From Cyanophyceae cyanobacterium (lineage in GTDB: Bacteria > Cyanobacteriota > Cyanobacteriia > Cyanobacteriales > Laspinemataceae): a stretch of DNA of 64,000 bases. The notes beneath the pieces were generated by a model, which saw only the letters and a program-made list of their open reading frames with translations, made no database searches and was not told the DNA's origin. Within the stretch, counting starts at the first letter, position 1. Each line of letters begins with the position of its first letter. The DNA lies in the NCBI GenBank assembly GCA_038321985.1, contig JBBQFN010000024.1, forward strand, positions 1-64,000, written 5' to 3'. A program made the position numbers and the translations under genes. Positions 33,243 through 42,980 of the stretch are shown piece after piece.

Positions 33243-33282
33243 CCTTCTGGGGTCGGTGTTGAGTGGGTTGATTTCTACCTTA

Positions 33283-34353
33283 CTAATGTTCCAAACGCTT
33301 CTCTTCCTCCGTTAACGGCAAATTTAAGCGCTGTTTCAGATAAGCAGTCATCCGCATCACGCTAGTTGACCCTTGGGACAGTTGACCCTTGAAAATCACC
33401 CTCCCTTCCCAGTCTAAATGCGATCGCGACCAATCGACTTGCCGTAAGGGGTCCAAATGGTCTCGCCAAGTATCTGGATAGGTCCTGAGTAACGTGGCAC
33501 CCACTGCGCCTAACCCAATTAAGGCGATCGCCTGGGTATGTAGGTAGTCTCGCCGAATCTCAAACGCACTAACTTTGCGGTCTAATACAAGTTGCCAATC
33601 TGGAATCTGCCGACTGACCGCATTCCAATAATCGACTGCCTGTTTGATTTGTGCTTCTAGGGGTTCGCCTTGCCAGTCTGCCAATAATGTCAAGGTTGCC
33701 TGACAAATATGCGGGAGTATAAACAGTTTACCAGACCGGGTGCTTAAATGACTGCGTTCGGTTTCTGTGAGAGTGCGGAATACCTCCACTTGCTGATAGA
33801 CTCCTCTGCCTAATGCCGCTTTGTCATCGCGATGGTCATACAGCAGGTTTAAGGCAGGGTCCGATCGCACTGGGTAGCGGTTGAGGTCACTAAAAATTTG
33901 CTGCGATCGCTTCAAACCCACATCCAGAAACAAAATCAGGGGAATCGTTTCATACGCCAAATCCGGATTCTCCTTCAATGCCGATTCAAATGCCACCCGC
34001 CGATGTTGGCCGTCATTGATGGTAAATCGCGCATCCATCGGCACTCGCAAGCGTCCGATTTTTCGCCCTTCCGCCTCGGTTCCCAAGGGTTCAAAGGTGA
34101 TATCCGCATCAATAGAGGCCGTAATCGCCGAGATAGTATAACTCTTGGGATTATCCAAAATATATTGGGTAATTTGCGGGACACGAGTCCGATTCAGCGA
34201 TCGCCTCCCCCGATTTTCTGGCGGCCTTTCCACCTGTTCCAGGGGGAACAGTTTCGGCAGGAGTCGCAGGGGACACATGGACACATAGTATTCTCGTCCC
34301 GCCTGGATTCCCCGAATTACAGGTAAGACATATTCAAAGGCGGTATTTAGCAC
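33283..34353 (-). CDS. dndB: DNA sulfur modification protein DndB (DGQHR domain)
   Basis: PVIRGIQAGREYYVSMCP, SAITASID, INDGQHRR, SQQIFSDLN; first gene of the operon. Confidence 0.92.
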   Translation of the reverse strand: MLNTAFEYVLPVIRGIQAGREYYVSMCPLRLLPKLFPLEQVERPPENRGRRSLNRTRVPQITQYILDNPKSYTISAITASIDADITFEPLGTEAEGRKIGRLRVPMDARFTINDGQHRRVAFESALKENPDLAYETIPLILFLDVGLKRSQQIFSDLNRYPVRSDPALNLLYDHRDDKAALGRGVYQQVEVFRTLTETERSHLSTRSGKLFILPHICQATLTLLADWQGEPLEAQIKQAVDYWNAVSRQIPDWQLVLDRKVSAFEIRRDYLHTQAIALIGLGAVGATLLRTYPDTWRDHLDPLRQVDWSRSHLDWEGRVIFKGQLSQGSTSVMRMTAYLKQRLNLPLTEEEKRLEH

Positions 34354-34420
34354 GATCGCCCTCCCGGTATGTGCGGTAGATGGTATCCCACCGGCAACTC
34401 CCCCTTTTTTTTGATAGCTC

Positions 34421-34449
34421 TTGACAAATTAACATTAATATGTTAAAGA
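34421..34449. promoter_or_regulatory. TTGACA box adjacent to palindrome TTAACAT-N4-ATGTTAA in the dndB/DGQHR divergent region
   Basis: ttgacaaa-ttaacat-taat-atgttaa; function inferred. Confidence 0.45.
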
Positions 34450-34556
34450 CTAACTGAATTTAATCGCTTTATTTTAGTAAAGCACAAAAAGTTTTTAAAA
34501 ACCAGCTTTTTAGCAAATTAGTCTGAAATCCTTACAGGTAGAGGGTTTAAGTAGTA

Positions 34557-36218
34557 ATGAATCAGTCAGGTAACTTTCCTGATATGTTTAAGGATATGCC
34601 TATCGATGTGAAAGTCCTCATGAACCCTCCCCGGAAACCAGCAACGGACCTTGCCAGTAAAATCCTGGAACAGGAAAACAGCGATCGCGAAGCGTTGGCG
34701 TTATTGTTGGATCGCCATCTCACCCGCAGCGATCGCCTTTTGGTTCAAAAAACCCAGATGGGGAATACCGAGGCATTTATTGGATCCGTCACCTTAGAAT
34801 GGTTAAGCAGTCGGGTTCGTTTCGCCTCCCAACTGCCACTATTTCAGAAAAAGTATGACCCCCAAACTGATAATGTAGTTAGGGACCGGGAAACCATTGA
34901 CGAACTGCTACAACGTCCCCTAGATTGGTCTCGACAAGCAGCTTTGACCCTGTATTTAGTCGCCCGCAAAAATCATAAATTTCCGGCATTGTTGGTAGTA
35001 CAAAGTCCGGCGTGGGTGGATAATCCGGATGCGCCAGAGTGGGATGAAACTGGGCGATCGCATCAATCCAGTTGTGATTTCATCTCCTTAGATAAAGATA
35101 ATACCATCGGACTCTTAGACCTGTCTGAAAAAGTCGCAATTTTTGCCCTTGATGGTCAACATCGACTCATGGGAGTTCAGGGGTTAATGGAACTCATCAA
35201 AACTGGACGAATCCAACGCTATAACAAAAATAAAAACCCCGTAGGTGCGGCAATTACCATCGATGATTTAAAAGAGCAATATCAAGTCGAATCGGCACAT
35301 CTGCAAAATTTAGCCTCGGAAAGAATCGGCATTGAATTTATTCCAGCAGTCTTGGTAGGAGAAACCCGCGACGAAGCAAGGCGGAGGGTTCGGTCGATTT
35401 TTGTTCATGTTAACCTAATGGCGGTCAACCTGAGTAAAGGACAACTCGCTGTTCTGAATGAAGATGATGGTTTTTCCATTATAGCGCGAAAAGTTGCGGT
35501 TACTCATCCTCTATTGAAAGAGAAGAAAAAACGGAATCCTCGGGTGAATTGGGATAGTGCGACGGTAGCGGCTAAATCAACAGTTTTAACAACCCTTCAA
35601 GCGCTTAAGGATATGTCGGAACGTTACTTAGGCCCGAAATTTCCCCAATGGCGATCGGGGAATAACAAAGGGTTAGTGCCGATTCGTCCCGAAGATGACG
35701 AACTAGAGGAAGGGTTAGGGGAATTTAAAGCCTTATTTGATGGATTATCCAGCTTAGTCAGCTATCAGCAACTTGACTCAGGAACAGAAACCCCTGAACT
35801 GCGCCGGTTTAGTCATGAAAAAGGCAGTGGAGATGGGAATTTACTGTTTCGTCCCATTGGACAAGTTGCCTTAGCGCAAGCCCTGGGAATTTTAGTGTTT
35901 GAGAAAGGGTTTTCCCTGAAAGAGTTGATTGAGAAGTTGCAGGAATTTGATGTGGATGGGGGATTTAGTGGGATGGAATATCCCCAGTCTCTTTGGTATG
36001 GGGTTTTATATGACCCGAGTAAACGGCGCGTGTTAGTTTCGGGTCGGGATTTGGCGGCGAAGTTGTTGATATATATTCTCGGAGGAATCGAGGATGATTA
36101 CGATCGCGCACATCTTCGGAAAGCATTAGCGGATGCGCGCACTTTTGAAGGGAAAGCAGTAAGTTTTGAGGGTAAGTTTGTAAAACCGAAGGAGGTGGGT
36201 TTGCCGGAGGTTTTGTAA
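34557..36218 (+). CDS. Second, larger DGQHR-domain protein (dnd-associated)
   Basis: QRPLDWSRQ, FALDGQHRLMG, RSIFVHVN; divergent from dndB; start could be a later Met. Confidence 0.88.
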   Translation: MNQSGNFPDMFKDMPIDVKVLMNPPRKPATDLASKILEQENSDREALALLLDRHLTRSDRLLVQKTQMGNTEAFIGSVTLEWLSSRVRFASQLPLFQKKYDPQTDNVVRDRETIDELLQRPLDWSRQAALTLYLVARKNHKFPALLVVQSPAWVDNPDAPEWDETGRSHQSSCDFISLDKDNTIGLLDLSEKVAIFALDGQHRLMGVQGLMELIKTGRIQRYNKNKNPVGAAITIDDLKEQYQVESAHLQNLASERIGIEFIPAVLVGETRDEARRRVRSIFVHVNLMAVNLSKGQLAVLNEDDGFSIIARKVAVTHPLLKEKKKRNPRVNWDSATVAAKSTVLTTLQALKDMSERYLGPKFPQWRSGNNKGLVPIRPEDDELEEGLGEFKALFDGLSSLVSYQQLDSGTETPELRRFSHEKGSGDGNLLFRPIGQVALAQALGILVFEKGFSLKELIEKLQEFDVDGGFSGMEYPQSLWYGVLYDPSKRRVLVSGRDLAAKLLIYILGGIEDDYDRAHLRKALADARTFEGKAVSFEGKFVKPKEVGLPEVL

Positions 36219-36296
36219 AGAAATGTTCACTTGGTTACTACTTTCTCTAGCAAGTCGTGATATGATCCAGAATTATTTATGAAATAAGTCCAGCTT

Positions 36297-37031
36297 ATGT
36301 CAATAACTAAGCGGTGTCTTGCGGAGTTTGTAGGAACGTTCTGGTTAGTCTTTGGTGGATGTGGAAGTGCGGTACTTGCTGCCTCGTTCCCGGATTCGAG
36401 TAATGCTTTGGGAATCGGACTGTTGGGAGTTTCCCTCGCATTTGGGTTAACGGTGATGACGATGGCCTACGCGATCGGGCATATTTTTGGTTGTCACTTA
36501 AATCCAGCGGTTTCCCTGGGTTTATGGGTGGGGAAACGGTTCCCAAAAAGCGATCTACTCCCTTATATCAGCGCGCAAATTTTTGGGGGGATTTTTGCTG
36601 GGGGATTTCTTTATCTGATTGCCAGTGGTAAACCTGGATTTAGTCTCAGTGATGGATTTGCGGCAAATGGTTATGGAACCCATTCTCCCGGTGGTTATTC
36701 AATGTTAGCCGCGTTGCTGACTGAATTTGTCTTGACCTTCATGTTCTTGTTTGTGATTATGGGAGCAACCGATCGCCGTGCTCCCCAAGGTTTCGCACCC
36801 GTGGCGATCGGGTTAGCATTGACCCTGATTCATTTAATTGGCATTCCCGTTACTAATGTTTCTGTCAATCCTGCACGGAGTACCGCACCGGCACTGTTTG
36901 TCGGAGATTGGGCGATCGCACAACTCTGGTTATTCTGGTTAGCACCCCTTGCCGGTGCCGCCTTTGCTGGATTTGTCTATTCCGCACTGGTGGGTGATGT
37001 AAAACTGCGGCGCATGAAACTAAAAGTCTAA
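36297..37031 (+). CDS. aqpZ: Aquaporin Z
   Basis: [38 protein letters not shown]. Confidence 0.95.
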   Translation: MSITKRCLAEFVGTFWLVFGGCGSAVLAASFPDSSNALGIGLLGVSLAFGLTVMTMAYAIGHIFGCHLNPAVSLGLWVGKRFPKSDLLPYISAQIFGGIFAGGFLYLIASGKPGFSLSDGFAANGYGTHSPGGYSMLAALLTEFVLTFMFLFVIMGATDRRAPQGFAPVAIGLALTLIHLIGIPVTNVSVNPARSTAPALFVGDWAIAQLWLFWLAPLAGAAFAGFVYSALVGDVKLRRMKLKV

Positions 37032-37073
37032 TTAAATTTGTGAGTTTTTGTGTTTGTTTTGGTGAGCAAATAG

Positions 37074-37102
37074 AAACCCACTTTCTGAAAGTGGGTTTTT
37101 TA
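37074..37102 (+). terminator. Intrinsic terminator after aqpZ
   Basis: aaacccactttc-t-gaaagtgggtttttt. Confidence 0.7.
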
Positions 37103-37161
37103 ATACCTAACCGAGTTTTTAAAGTCGGTAATTTTATACATAAATTCCCGAACCCCTAGGG

Positions 37162-37632
37162 TTACAAAAATCGACTGAGGTCAAAATCATCGGGTTCTGA
37201 GGAGGTTTTTTTAAATCGTTCCGAGAGGAGGATGAGTAGGATTCGTTCGGTATAGTCTACTGCACCCCGTAACTCTTCGCGGAGGATTTCTAGGCCGCCG
37301 TTTGCATATTCTTCAAAGATATGAGCGCGGATTTCTTCGGAATCGGGGTCGTTGGGGGCGATAATTTTGGAGTCTTTGGTTTCGGCGATCGCCAATAATT
37401 TAATCACCAGGTCATATCCTTTGGTAACAAAGGTATCAATATCAATTGGACCCGGTTCGGTTTTGGAAATTGCGCCAAGGGGAACTCGTTTTTTGCGTCG
37501 GGCACCCAAGGCAGCAGCAAAAACGAGAACATCGGTAAAGTGGCGAAATACGCCGGTTTTGTTGTCCGATGAGGTTAAGGAGGTGACTAAATCTGCTTTA
37601 TCTTTGGCAACCTTAATTCTATATGCACCCAT
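37162..37632 (-). CDS. DNA phosphorothioation-associated protein 4 (PbeD-like by inference)
   Basis: RIKVAKDKADLV, DVLVFAAALG, IFEEYANGGLEIL; close to the dnd operon. Confidence 0.8.
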   Translation of the reverse strand: MGAYRIKVAKDKADLVTSLTSSDNKTGVFRHFTDVLVFAAALGARRKKRVPLGAISKTEPGPIDIDTFVTKGYDLVIKLLAIAETKDSKIIAPNDPDSEEIRAHIFEEYANGGLEILREELRGAVDYTERILLILLSERFKKTSSEPDDFDLSRFL

Positions 37633-37915
37633 TGCGATCGCCCGGTGTTGTATTGAACAGTAAACAAGATTCAGGAAGAGCAAAGCCCCCATTCTGATAA
37701 TATAGCATAGAGAGGGGTATTTTTATCTTAGGTGGATTCCGAATTTGCCGTCAGCCTCCCTCAACCTTAACAACATTGAGGATGAATTCCAGGAAATTTG
37801 TATCGTCTCTATCTTTTGGTAATAAAGTAGAAAGTTAGAGGGGGTTTTTATTGTCTTTTGTTTCTTATAATAATAAATTACTACCGATGGAAAGCTCTTT
37901 ACGTCTCACCTTAAT

Positions 37916-38347
37916 ATGGACCCTATCAATACCCTTTTTACCGACCATCTAGCCGAACTCACAAATCGCTTACTCTGGCTGAGTGAGTCTGAATTTCCTT
38001 TCCAAATTATCACTTGGGATACAGATAGGGTGACTATTGAACAACTCCTCAAACTAACCTACCATCCCCCCCATACCCCGGTTCATACCCTGGGTATTGA
38101 TGAATTTTTCGCCCCTGCCCTAGAAGGACTCGGTAGCTATAGTTATATCCTAGATCAAGCCTTAATCGGAAGATATCAGAGTTTATATAATTATCTCACT
38201 TATTTTCTGCACAATATCAAAGTGTACCGAGTAGGTACTGACCCCATATATATCTATATCATGGGACTCACTCGCGATGAAAATTTAGCAGGAATCGGCA
38301 CCCAAGTCATAGAAACCCTAGCCCAATCTTATCACTTTCAGGGATAA
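37916..38347 (+). CDS. Nuclease A inhibitor (NuiA) family protein
   Basis: LLWLSESEFPF, IKVYRVG, IYIMG, GIGTQVIET. Confidence 0.82.
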   Translation: MDPINTLFTDHLAELTNRLLWLSESEFPFQIITWDTDRVTIEQLLKLTYHPPHTPVHTLGIDEFFAPALEGLGSYSYILDQALIGRYQSLYNYLTYFLHNIKVYRVGTDPIYIYIMGLTRDENLAGIGTQVIETLAQSYHFQG

Positions 38348-38422
38348 AAGAAGAGGACGAAGGGAAAGGGGAAAGGGAGTGGTAAATTTGCCCCATCTCC
38401 CCCATCTTCCTAACTGGGCGGA

Positions 38423-38662
38423 TTACTCTTGCTGTAACAACTCTTCTTTAGACTCTCCCCAGTAAGCACTATAAGTCCAGGTTTCGCGGTTACCACTGGT
38501 TGCTAGGGACCAGCGAAAAATTGCCGATTTCGGGTTAACTCCGACTTCAATTAACTTTGCACCCATATAGTATTCCATCTGGCGTTTTTTCAAGTCTTTA
38601 AAGTCTCTGGATTTGCGGCTATCCCAGGTTTGAGTCATGTGTGCTTTTGTCGGTCTTTTCAT
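38423..38662 (-). CDS. Small hypothetical protein
   Basis: 79-aa ORF with plausible composition and GAGG/GAAG-rich upstream region; no motif recognised. Confidence 0.6.
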   Translation of the reverse strand: MKRPTKAHMTQTWDSRKSRDFKDLKKRQMEYYMGAKLIEVGVNPKSAIFRWSLATSGNRETWTYSAYWGESKEELLQQE

Positions 38663-38807
38663 CCTTCTTTCTCTACCTTCGTTATCTTGTTTTAAGAGTA
38701 TCCTACACTTTAGTTAGAATACCAATCTTTCTACATTGAGCAATGACCCCAGGGAACTGGGTAAAATTTGACTCAGAGATTGCACTCGCCTCGTGCCACC
38801 CCAGACT

Positions 38808-39695
38808 TTATACAAATTCCCCTTTGGCAACTGCGATCGCCTTGCCACCAACGGAGACAGAAATCTCTGGGTTATTTTTATGTGCCTTCAATAATAACAG
38901 GGAGGGTCTGCCCATTTCATATCCCTGTTCTACTCGCACGTCAATTTTCCCTTCCCCGAAATATTCATACTCGACTAAATATCCTGCCAAACAACCATTG
39001 GCGCTACCTGTTGCCGGGTCCTCGGGTACGCCTAAATAATCCGCAAACATTCTTGCACTGAGATCATTTTCGGGTTTGTTCGTCTCGGGACAAAACAGAA
39101 AAATACATTTAGCCTCAGTGCCCTCGATTAATTTAAAATACTTATTTTGATTGACTTTTGCCCTCTTTAATGCAGCATGAGTTTTCAAGGGGACAATCAT
39201 AAAAGGAATCCCCGTCGAAACCTCTCGAATCGGAAACCGTGAATCCAAGTCCTGAACCTCTAAATTTAAAACTTCTGCCACCCGTTCCCCCTCGATCGTC
39301 TGATGGAACGTGGGCGGTTTTTGCTGCATCCACAAAACATCAACTGTATCCCCTTGATAGTGCAGGGTGACTGGAATTTGTCCAAGGGGAAGATTCAAAT
39401 TAACCCGTTCTACCCGCTGTTTAATTATCTCTTGCTGAATAATAAAAGCGGTGCCTAATGTAGGATGACCGGCAAAAGGGACTTCTTGGGCCGGGGTAAA
39501 AATCCGCACGTCATATCCGCCGTTTTGGGGTTCTGAAGACAGCACAAAGGTTGTCTCCGAATAATTCATTTCTTTAGCAATTTGTTGCATCTGCTCCCCA
39601 GTCATTCCAGGGGTTCCAGTAAATACAGCTAGCTGATTGCCCTGGTATTTTTCTTCGGCGAAAACATCAACAATGTAAAAGTTAAGATTGCCCAT
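38808..39695 (-). CDS. PhzF family isomerase/epimerase
   Basis: VDVF, GNQLAV, NYSETTF, RIFTP..EVPFAGHPTLG, EDPATGSA, EQGYEMGRPS. Confidence 0.95.
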   Translation of the reverse strand: MGNLNFYIVDVFAEEKYQGNQLAVFTGTPGMTGEQMQQIAKEMNYSETTFVLSSEPQNGGYDVRIFTPAQEVPFAGHPTLGTAFIIQQEIIKQRVERVNLNLPLGQIPVTLHYQGDTVDVLWMQQKPPTFHQTIEGERVAEVLNLEVQDLDSRFPIREVSTGIPFMIVPLKTHAALKRAKVNQNKYFKLIEGTEAKCIFLFCPETNKPENDLSARMFADYLGVPEDPATGSANGCLAGYLVEYEYFGEGKIDVRVEQGYEMGRPSLLLLKAHKNNPEISVSVGGKAIAVAKGEFV

Positions 39696-39712
39696 TTTTG
39701 CCTCGGTTGTAG

Positions 39713-41257
39713 ATGTCAGTACAGTTAGCTCTCACCGGGGATCGTAGCCCATTTGGGCCTATGGATGAGTATCAAATTGATCCCCAGACCCACTTGATCT
39801 CTGAGAGAGTTCGGGATATCCTGTTAGGAATTCACCCAGATGATAAATTTGCTAACCCTCTAATAAAAATGCTTATGCCATTGATGGGACTGGTCTGGAT
39901 GACGTGCTGTTTGAGCGGTTTGCTTTCATACAGCCCAGGATTAGGGAATGCCTTAGTTGTCTTAAAAAATCCGTTGTCACTCCAATCTTTAGCTAGTTTA
40001 AGTCATCGGTGGGACCTTCCTCACCGGCTGGCCCGAGGCGGTAAGGCTCAAGTCAAAAAGTACCGCCCTCATTTCAAATTTAAGGGGGCTGCCGGTGTAG
40101 AGACGGGAAAATTCGCATCGCTACAACACTGGTCTCAAATCAGCGATCGCCCGCGAAAACAAAGCCCAGCCGACTCCCGGGACCGCCCAGGATTGCCAGA
40201 ACGTCTCACCTGGGACAATCTCCCTGAAAACGGACAATGCACCCTGGAAACCCCTTTTAAGAATTCTAGTATCCGTAACGAGTTGAGACAATATAATTTT
40301 TTCTCAACCCGACGCGAAAATCCCCTAGAAGCAACCCTGATCAGTGATCGCCTTGACTCGAAAAAATCCGCCCCGGGAATTGGGCAGTTCTGGCCTAATT
40401 TTTTCCTAAAAGAACCCTCAGATTTAGACCGGCAACCCAGTCTGGACCCCTCAATTCAGGTAAAAGCAGTTACCGTTTCCCCAGGTCCCTCTCGCGCCAT
40501 GAGCCGCGTGGATTGGTGGCACTCTCGGTATCTATTTGGGCTGGGACAGACAGTTTCCTGGTCCTCCAACGAAAGCTCCAAGCAGATTCTCTTCACAAAA
40601 CCTTCGGAGTTTTTAGTCTTGGTGCAGGGTCAAAAAATTGCCCAACTTCCCGATCGCATCCAAGCGGATTTATTAGCTCATCGGATCCAGGACTGGCTAC
40701 AAGAGAGCAGTCACAGTCCGGCTCAACTTACCCCTACCACCTTAGAAGGATTGAGAGCTATCCAAGGCGGCGATCGCACCTTATTACTTCTATCCGATGA
40801 TGTGGTTGAATCCACCCAGAGCAACCCGGACCTCCTAGCAGTGGAATGGACCAATAATCTCCGCACGGCCCTAGGCACTGAACCCTTACCCCTCGCCGAA
40901 GCACAAGCTCAGATGTACGGATTAGTAGAGACCCCCCAGAAACTTCAGGGAACAGCCTCTTGGTATGGCCCTTATTTTCACGGTCGCCTCACGGCTAACG
41001 GCGAAACTTACGATCAAGAAGACATGACGGCGGCTCATCCCTCGTTACCCTTTGATACCTATCTGAAAGTCAAAAATCTTCAGAATGGCAAGATGGTAAT
41101 CGTTCGGATCAACGATCGCGGACCTTATATCCCCCCCCGCAATTTAGACCTTTCCTTGGGTGCTGCTCGTGCTCTAGGCAGTGAAGAAACCGGCGTCATC
41201 TCCTACGAGGCAATATTTATGAAACCCACCCCCGCTAAGGCAGTCGCGCACAAGTGA
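39713..41257 (+). CDS. RlpA family septal lytic transglycosylase with long N-terminal extension
   Basis: GTASWYG...GRLTANGE, TAAHPSLPF, VRINDRGP, LDLS; true start probably later (MLMPLMG). Confidence 0.85.
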   Translation: MSVQLALTGDRSPFGPMDEYQIDPQTHLISERVRDILLGIHPDDKFANPLIKMLMPLMGLVWMTCCLSGLLSYSPGLGNALVVLKNPLSLQSLASLSHRWDLPHRLARGGKAQVKKYRPHFKFKGAAGVETGKFASLQHWSQISDRPRKQSPADSRDRPGLPERLTWDNLPENGQCTLETPFKNSSIRNELRQYNFFSTRRENPLEATLISDRLDSKKSAPGIGQFWPNFFLKEPSDLDRQPSLDPSIQVKAVTVSPGPSRAMSRVDWWHSRYLFGLGQTVSWSSNESSKQILFTKPSEFLVLVQGQKIAQLPDRIQADLLAHRIQDWLQESSHSPAQLTPTTLEGLRAIQGGDRTLLLLSDDVVESTQSNPDLLAVEWTNNLRTALGTEPLPLAEAQAQMYGLVETPQKLQGTASWYGPYFHGRLTANGETYDQEDMTAAHPSLPFDTYLKVKNLQNGKMVIVRINDRGPYIPPRNLDLSLGAARALGSEETGVISYEAIFMKPTPAKAVAHK

Positions 41258-41432
41258 CTTGTCATGGGAGATGGGGTAGATGGTACTCGGGTCATGGCTG
41301 AAGCCGTGACACCCACAATAAGCGGATTAAGTGCTGGATCGGACAGTGGCAGCAGAGCCTCCAAGGGAGCGGGACGCAGGTTCAGCCGCGTCACCAGGAC
41401 GGCAGAAGACCGGATCACCGGACAATTAGCCG

Positions 41433-42980
41433 TTACCCTGGCGAAGACCTCTGCAAACAGCCGATCGCCTCTAGTAAACCTCGGGCTTTATTCAGGGTTT
41501 CTTGATACTCACTGGCCGGGACCGAATCCGCAACTAGACCGGCACCGGCTTGTACAGATACCGTATGTTTGCCATTGCCATTGCTGCGAACTACCATCGT
41601 TCTAATGGCGATCGCACTATTGAGCTGTCCCTCAAAATCGTAATACCCATACACCCCCGAATAAGGACCCCGGCGGCAGCCTTCCAACTCATGAACAATC
41701 TGCATCGCCCGAATCTTGGGTGCACCGCTGACGGTTCCAGCCGGGAAACAGGCTTTTAATAAATCCCAAGCCGTTTTTTCCGGGTCTAATTCCCCGCGCA
41801 CATTACTCACGATATGCATGACGTGGGAATAGCGCTCAATCACCATTAACTCATCGACTCTAACGCTGCCCTTGACACAAACTCGGCCTAAGTCATTGCG
41901 GCCTAAATCCACTAACATGACGTGCTCAGCCACTTCTTTCGGGTCGTTGAGTAGATCTTCGGCTAAGGCAGCATCTTCTTGGGCAGTTTGTCCCCGGCGT
42001 CGGGTTCCAGCGATCGGGCGCACCGTTGCCAGTCTGGACCCTTCGGGGGTAAGTTCTGCTTTCACCATCACTTCTGGACTGGAGCCAATAATTTGCCAGT
42101 CGTCGAAATTAAAATAAGCCATGTAAGGCGAAGGATTGATTAGGCGCAGGGACCGATAGAGGGAAAATGGATCTCCCTCATATTCTGCCGATAGGCGTTG
42201 AGAAATGACGACTTGAAAAATATCCCCAGCTTTGATGTAGTCCTTTGCCTTTAAAACGCTCTGGCAGTATTTTTCCTCGGAAGTATTGCTGGTGTAGTGC
42301 AACTCCTTCCTCCGGTCCGAATCCGAGGGTCTTGATGGGGGGGTCCATTCTAGGAGGGTATCTTTTTTGAGTAGGGGTTGCTGGAGTTGGTTGACTAGAC
42401 TCCGAACGCGATCGCAGGCTTGTTCATAAGCCGATTTGATATCCAGGGTTCGTAAATCTGCGTAGGCGATCGCCCAAATCTTCCGCTTTACTTGGTCAAA
42501 CACCAGCAAACTATCTGCTTGCATCCACAATCCATCCGGCACATCGGTTGCTGCGGCGGGATGGATTGGCACCCGGGGTTCCATCCACCGAATTAATTCA
42601 TATCCCCAAAAACCAAATAAACCCCCCACTCCCGGCGGCAATTCGGGTAATTTCACAGGTCGAATCAAGTTGAGACAGTTTTCCAGGGCCTCAAACGGAT
42701 CCCCCTCAAACACATCAACCTGTCCCGTGCGATGTTTCTGAATCGTTTGGTGATCTCTCGCTTCTAAGATCCACAGGGGGTCACAGCCAAGGAAGCTATA
42801 CCGTGCCAGGTTTTCCCCGCCTTCGACCGATTCCAACAAAAAGCTATAGGGTTGCCCTGCACAGACTTTGTACCACGCTGAGACTGGGGTATCCAGATCC
42901 GCAACCCATTCCTGATAGACGGGTACAAAATTTCCTTGTTTGGCAAGTTCAGTAAATTGAGAAAAATCTGGAAAAATCAT
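41433..42980 (-). CDS. trpE: Anthranilate synthase component I
   Basis: FLLESVEGG, GDIFQVVISQR, NPSPYM, PIAGTR, EHVMLVDLGRND, PAGTVSGAPK. Confidence 0.96.
   Translation of the reverse strand: MIFPDFSQFTELAKQGNFVPVYQEWVADLDTPVSAWYKVCAGQPYSFLLESVEGGENLARYSFLGCDPLWILEARDHQTIQKHRTGQVDVFEGDPFEALENCLNLIRPVKLPELPPGVGGLFGFWGYELIRWMEPRVPIHPAAATDVPDGLWMQADSLLVFDQVKRKIWAIAYADLRTLDIKSAYEQACDRVRSLVNQLQQPLLKKDTLLEWTPPSRPSDSDRRKELHYTSNTSEEKYCQSVLKAKDYIKAGDIFQVVISQRLSAEYEGDPFSLYRSLRLINPSPYMAYFNFDDWQIIGSSPEVMVKAELTPEGSRLATVRPIAGTRRRGQTAQEDAALAEDLLNDPKEVAEHVMLVDLGRNDLGRVCVKGSVRVDELMVIERYSHVMHIVSNVRGELDPEKTAWDLLKACFPAGTVSGAPKIRAMQIVHELEGCRRGPYSGVYGYYDFEGQLNSAIAIRTMVVRSNGNGKHTVSVQAGAGLVADSVPASEYQETLNKARGLLEAIGCLQRSSPG

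Noticed and set aside
41264..41605. Plus-strand 113-aa ORF and the many other short antisense ORFs in the track
   Set aside because: They overlap well-supported genes on the opposite strand or frame and have no recognisable motifs
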